From Alkalispirochaeta sp. (GTDB lineage: Bacteria; Spirochaetota; Spirochaetia; DSM-27196; Alkalispirochaetaceae): a stretch of 64,000 bases of DNA. The notes beneath the pieces are model-generated. The model worked only from the letters and a program-made list of their open reading frames with translations, was not told the DNA's origin and made no database searches. Made by a program: the position numbers and the translations under genes. Positions within the stretch are counted from its first letter, which is position 1. Every line of letters begins with the position of its first letter. The DNA lies in NCBI GenBank assembly GCA_965601925.1, contig OZ271854.1, forward strand, positions 4,480,001 to 4,544,000, read 5' to 3'. Shown piece by piece: positions 61,203 through 64,000 of the stretch.

Positions 61203-61424
61203 CTACTTTGTGGTCATGACGAACACGCCGTCCCAATCCTCCGGCGGAGGATTATCGATATAGTGTTTGCAACGCGCGTAGTAGACTTTGGACGGCCCGT
61301 CGTCCTTGTCGATCTTGAGCGCCTGAACGAACTGTTTCTGCGCCTCTTCGAACTGCATGAGCTTGTAGAGCTTCCGCCCTCTGGCAAAGAGATCCAGTAC
61401 GCGTTTCTTATCCTCGCTAACCAT
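61203..61424 (-). CDS. small TPR-like protein resembling the C-terminal module of class III adenylate cyclases
   Basis: LFARGRKLY...FEEA...DGPSKVYYARC...PPPEDWDGVFVMTTK. Confidence 0.7.
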   Translation of the reverse strand: MVSEDKKRVLDLFARGRKLYKLMQFEEAQKQFVQALKIDKDDGPSKVYYARCKHYIDNPPPEDWDGVFVMTTK

Positions 61425-62160
61425 TGCCGTTTTCCTTGGACGTCATGAGCGTCGCCGCCGCGTGCTTGCGAAACTTGCTCTCCAGATCCTCGAGAGAGAG
61501 CTCCTTGGCCTTCAACTCGTCTTCTTGACTCTGTAGCTCGTTTACCTCTTCATCGAGTCCCTCGACGGTAGCGAGGGTTCTCCCGGTCTCGTGAACGATG
61601 AGATCCACGAGTTCGGCGACGGCGTGGTGATCGTCGACGTTCAGATCTTTGGCGACGGCGCGCAGCTTCTCCATCGGCTCTTTAATATGACGGGTGAAGT
61701 AGATGAGCGAACTGTTGAGCGACTCGACGAGGGCGAGCCGCCGTTCCCTTCGGATGACCTGGCGCGACAGCTCCCGCTGACGGAGTACCGCCTGGATGCG
61801 CGCCAACACTTCCGAGAAATTGAACGGCTTTGTGATGTAGTCCTCGATACCGAGTTCGAAACCCTCGACCTTGTCCTGTACGTCGTCCATAGCGGAAAAC
61901 ATGATGATCGGCGTCGCGGCGACATCGCGATACGCCTCGTCCTGTTTTACCAGTCGCGTGATTTCCCATCCGGTCTTGCCGGGAAGGATGTTATCCAAGA
62001 GGACCAAGTCGGGTTTCTCGTCCGCGATACGCTCAAGCGCGGTATCACCGTCACCGGCGGTCGATACGTCATAGCCGAGTCGGGAAAGCATTACCTGGAA
62101 AAATTCAACGTTGATGTGTTCGTCGTCGACAACCAGAATTTTCGGTGCAGTCTGTGACAT
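61417..62160 (-). CDS. response regulator: receiver plus coiled coil
   Basis: ILVVDDE, LVLLDNILP, FSA, DYITKPF; helical C-terminus with no recognisable output domain. Confidence 0.88.
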   Translation of the reverse strand: MSQTAPKILVVDDEHINVEFFQVMLSRLGYDVSTAGDGDTALERIADEKPDLVLLDNILPGKTGWEITRLVKQDEAYRDVAATPIIMFSAMDDVQDKVEGFELGIEDYITKPFNFSEVLARIQAVLRQRELSRQVIRRERRLALVESLNSSLIYFTRHIKEPMEKLRAVAKDLNVDDHHAVAELVDLIVHETGRTLATVEGLDEEVNELQSQEDELKAKELSLEDLESKFRKHAAATLMTSKENGNG

Positions 62161-62221
62161 ACGCGTATTTTCTTATGCAGTCGCGAGTTTTGTCAATTGA
62201 ACGAAGGGACGGGAACGCGCG

Positions 62222-63874
62222 TTACCGTACATCCCGACGTCGTGCGACAAGACCGCGAAAACTTCCGAAGAGTAAGGCGACGACCGTTGCGGCGACGAAA
62301 ACGCCGGCCATCCAGTCGCCCCACGCGGTGTAGACCGTCGAACGGTCGGTATAAATCGGAACGTCGCCGACCAGTGCACCCTCTTGAAAGGGAGGATAGA
62401 GGTCGAGGAGGCGGCCGTTCGGGTCGATAATCGTCGTCATTCCGCCGTTGGTGCTGCGAACCATGGAGCGCCGATTTTCCACGGCCCGAAAGACGGCCAT
62501 ACCCATGTGCTGCATGGCCGAGGGCTCCGAGTACGACCACAGATCGTTGGTTAAGTTGACGAACACATCCGATCCGCGACGTACGAACTCCCGCGTGAGA
62601 TATCCGAACGTGTCCTCGAAACAGATCGGCGTAGAAAACCGAATACCGTCGAGCTCAAAGATCGTCCAATCGGTACCTTGTCCCCAGAAGTTGGTGTTGT
62701 TCTCGATAAGGAGCGTGTGGAGCCACGGCAGCTGACGTTCGTAGGGAAAGTGCTCGGTAAAGGGCACGAGGTGAATCTTGCGATACGTTCCCTGCAATTG
62801 CCCGCCCGATTCGAACACGAGCACCGCATTGTAGTCCACGCGGTCAAGCTCGCCGGCGCCGTCTCGTTCGAGTTGTCCGTCGCTGTTACCGATGACGAAC
62901 GGCACGGTCTGCTCGCCGAGGTACTCGGTCAGCTCGCGCACCAGCTCGAATCGCTCTTGGTCGGTACGATATCGGGTATGAAAATCGATTGACGGGACGA
63001 ACGACGTCTCCGACCAAATCACCGCATCCACGTCGTGTTCGGCCAATGCGCGATCGCTCTCTCTGGTGAGAATCTCCAGACTTCGTTCGTACGCACGAAA
63101 TCCGCCGACCCACGGATCGACGTTCTGCTGCACAAGGGCGAGCCGCCACGTGCGCGCTTCGCCGTAATCGACCGGCGAGAGGAGTCCGTATAGAATCGTG
63201 CCGGCGAACAGAACGGCGTATCCGACGAGCTCCAGTGCGCGCCAAGCCAGAAGCGGTCGGAGTCGCTTCCACGAGAAGAGCACCTCACCACCGTGATCGT
63301 TGATAATCTGGGCCAGAAAAAAGGAGGGGAGAACGACGAGAAAGGACACGCCCCATACGCCGGCAAAATCGGCGATTTGGATAAGAACCGGTGCGGGAAA
63401 GAGCGCATAGCCCATAATGCCGTAGGAATACCCGAGGAATCCCTGTGTGCGCGCCCACTCGTAACTCATCCACACGAGAACCTGTATCAAAAACGACCAT
63501 CGCCCGAACAGACGATCGGCGATCCATAGCAACGGAAATACGAGGAAAAAGTATCCCGCGTAGATAACCGGAACGATAAAAATCGCTAAGGGATGGAAGT
63601 TGACGAGCCAGTAATTAAAGAGCGCATATGTCGCAAAGCCGTACAACGCTCCGTACAGAGGAGTTGTCCACCACCGCATACGCCGAATCGCCACGCCTAC
63701 GGGAACGAGTGCTATGAAGGCGACGGGAAACAAACCGAAACGAAATACGCGGTTGGGAAAGGCGGTGGCGAACAGTATCGCCCCAAGTATGATCAGCCCT
63801 ACGATCGCCGTCTCGCGAGATGCGACGGGAATGCGGCGAACTCCCCGGTCGGGCGCGCGGCGAGTCAACTCCAC
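62222..63874 (-). CDS. lnt: apolipoprotein N-acyltransferase (paralog 2)
   Basis: WSETS, YRKIHLVPFTE, ICFED, TNDLW, RSTNGG. Confidence 0.92.
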   Translation of the reverse strand: MELTRRAPDRGVRRIPVASRETAIVGLIILGAILFATAFPNRVFRFGLFPVAFIALVPVGVAIRRMRWWTTPLYGALYGFATYALFNYWLVNFHPLAIFIVPVIYAGYFFLVFPLLWIADRLFGRWSFLIQVLVWMSYEWARTQGFLGYSYGIMGYALFPAPVLIQIADFAGVWGVSFLVVLPSFFLAQIINDHGGEVLFSWKRLRPLLAWRALELVGYAVLFAGTILYGLLSPVDYGEARTWRLALVQQNVDPWVGGFRAYERSLEILTRESDRALAEHDVDAVIWSETSFVPSIDFHTRYRTDQERFELVRELTEYLGEQTVPFVIGNSDGQLERDGAGELDRVDYNAVLVFESGGQLQGTYRKIHLVPFTEHFPYERQLPWLHTLLIENNTNFWGQGTDWTIFELDGIRFSTPICFEDTFGYLTREFVRRGSDVFVNLTNDLWSYSEPSAMQHMGMAVFRAVENRRSMVRSTNGGMTTIIDPNGRLLDLYPPFQEGALVGDVPIYTDRSTVYTAWGDWMAGVFVAATVVALLFGSFRGLVARRRDVR

Positions 63875-63884
63875 AGCGTCTGAA

Positions 63885-64000
63885 TCAACTACGCAACGAC
63901 CAGCTCGCTTCTCGGAGCTCTTTGCCGGGTCGAAATACGACGACGCCGTGGTTCTGCACGGTCACCTGCTCGCCGGTTTTGGGATTCCGGGCGTGCTGTC
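63885..64000 (-). CDS. HU/IHF-family DNA-binding protein, 3' part only
   Basis: Manual translation QHARNPKTGEQVTVQNHGVVVFRPGKELREASWSLRS*; ARNPKTG and FRPGK are family motifs. Confidence 0.88.
   Translation of the reverse strand, partial: QHARNPKTGEQVTVQNHGVVVFRPGKELREASWSLRS

Overview
This is a gene-dense, GC-rich chromosomal segment from a spirochaete. The assignment rests on a P83/100-family protein, a long Borrelia-type thymidine kinase, an alpha2-type GlyRS and the gene order HU-lnt-...-bactofilin-rho-rpmE. Acidic exported proteins and an EctR/CosR-like regulator suggest a salt-adapted free-living lineage (inference). Most content is housekeeping: Mla ABC genes, an M23 peptidase, PBP1A, mutM, hslO, rlmD/rlmK-like methyltransferases, rex, gltX-glyS-tyrS, clpS-clpA-aat, surE, two lnt genes, rho and rpmE. 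I found no rRNA, tRNA, CRISPR array, transposase or phage genes. The best novelty candidate is an unannotated sRNA of about 90 nt at ~5566-5655. It has a near-consensus sigma28 promoter, a hairpin exposing an anti-Shine-Dalgarno loop and an intrinsic terminator. Other leads are: an HTH-less ParB CTPase domain with a C-terminal amphipathic helix directly behind PBP1A; at least nine apparently leaderless genes; an identical 14-mer in two distant promoter spacers; a degenerate HD-GYP protein behind face-to-face promoters; and a stand-alone adenylate-cyclase C-terminal module in an operon with a receiver protein and a bactofilin. All family calls come from motif recognition by eye; no database searches were run.
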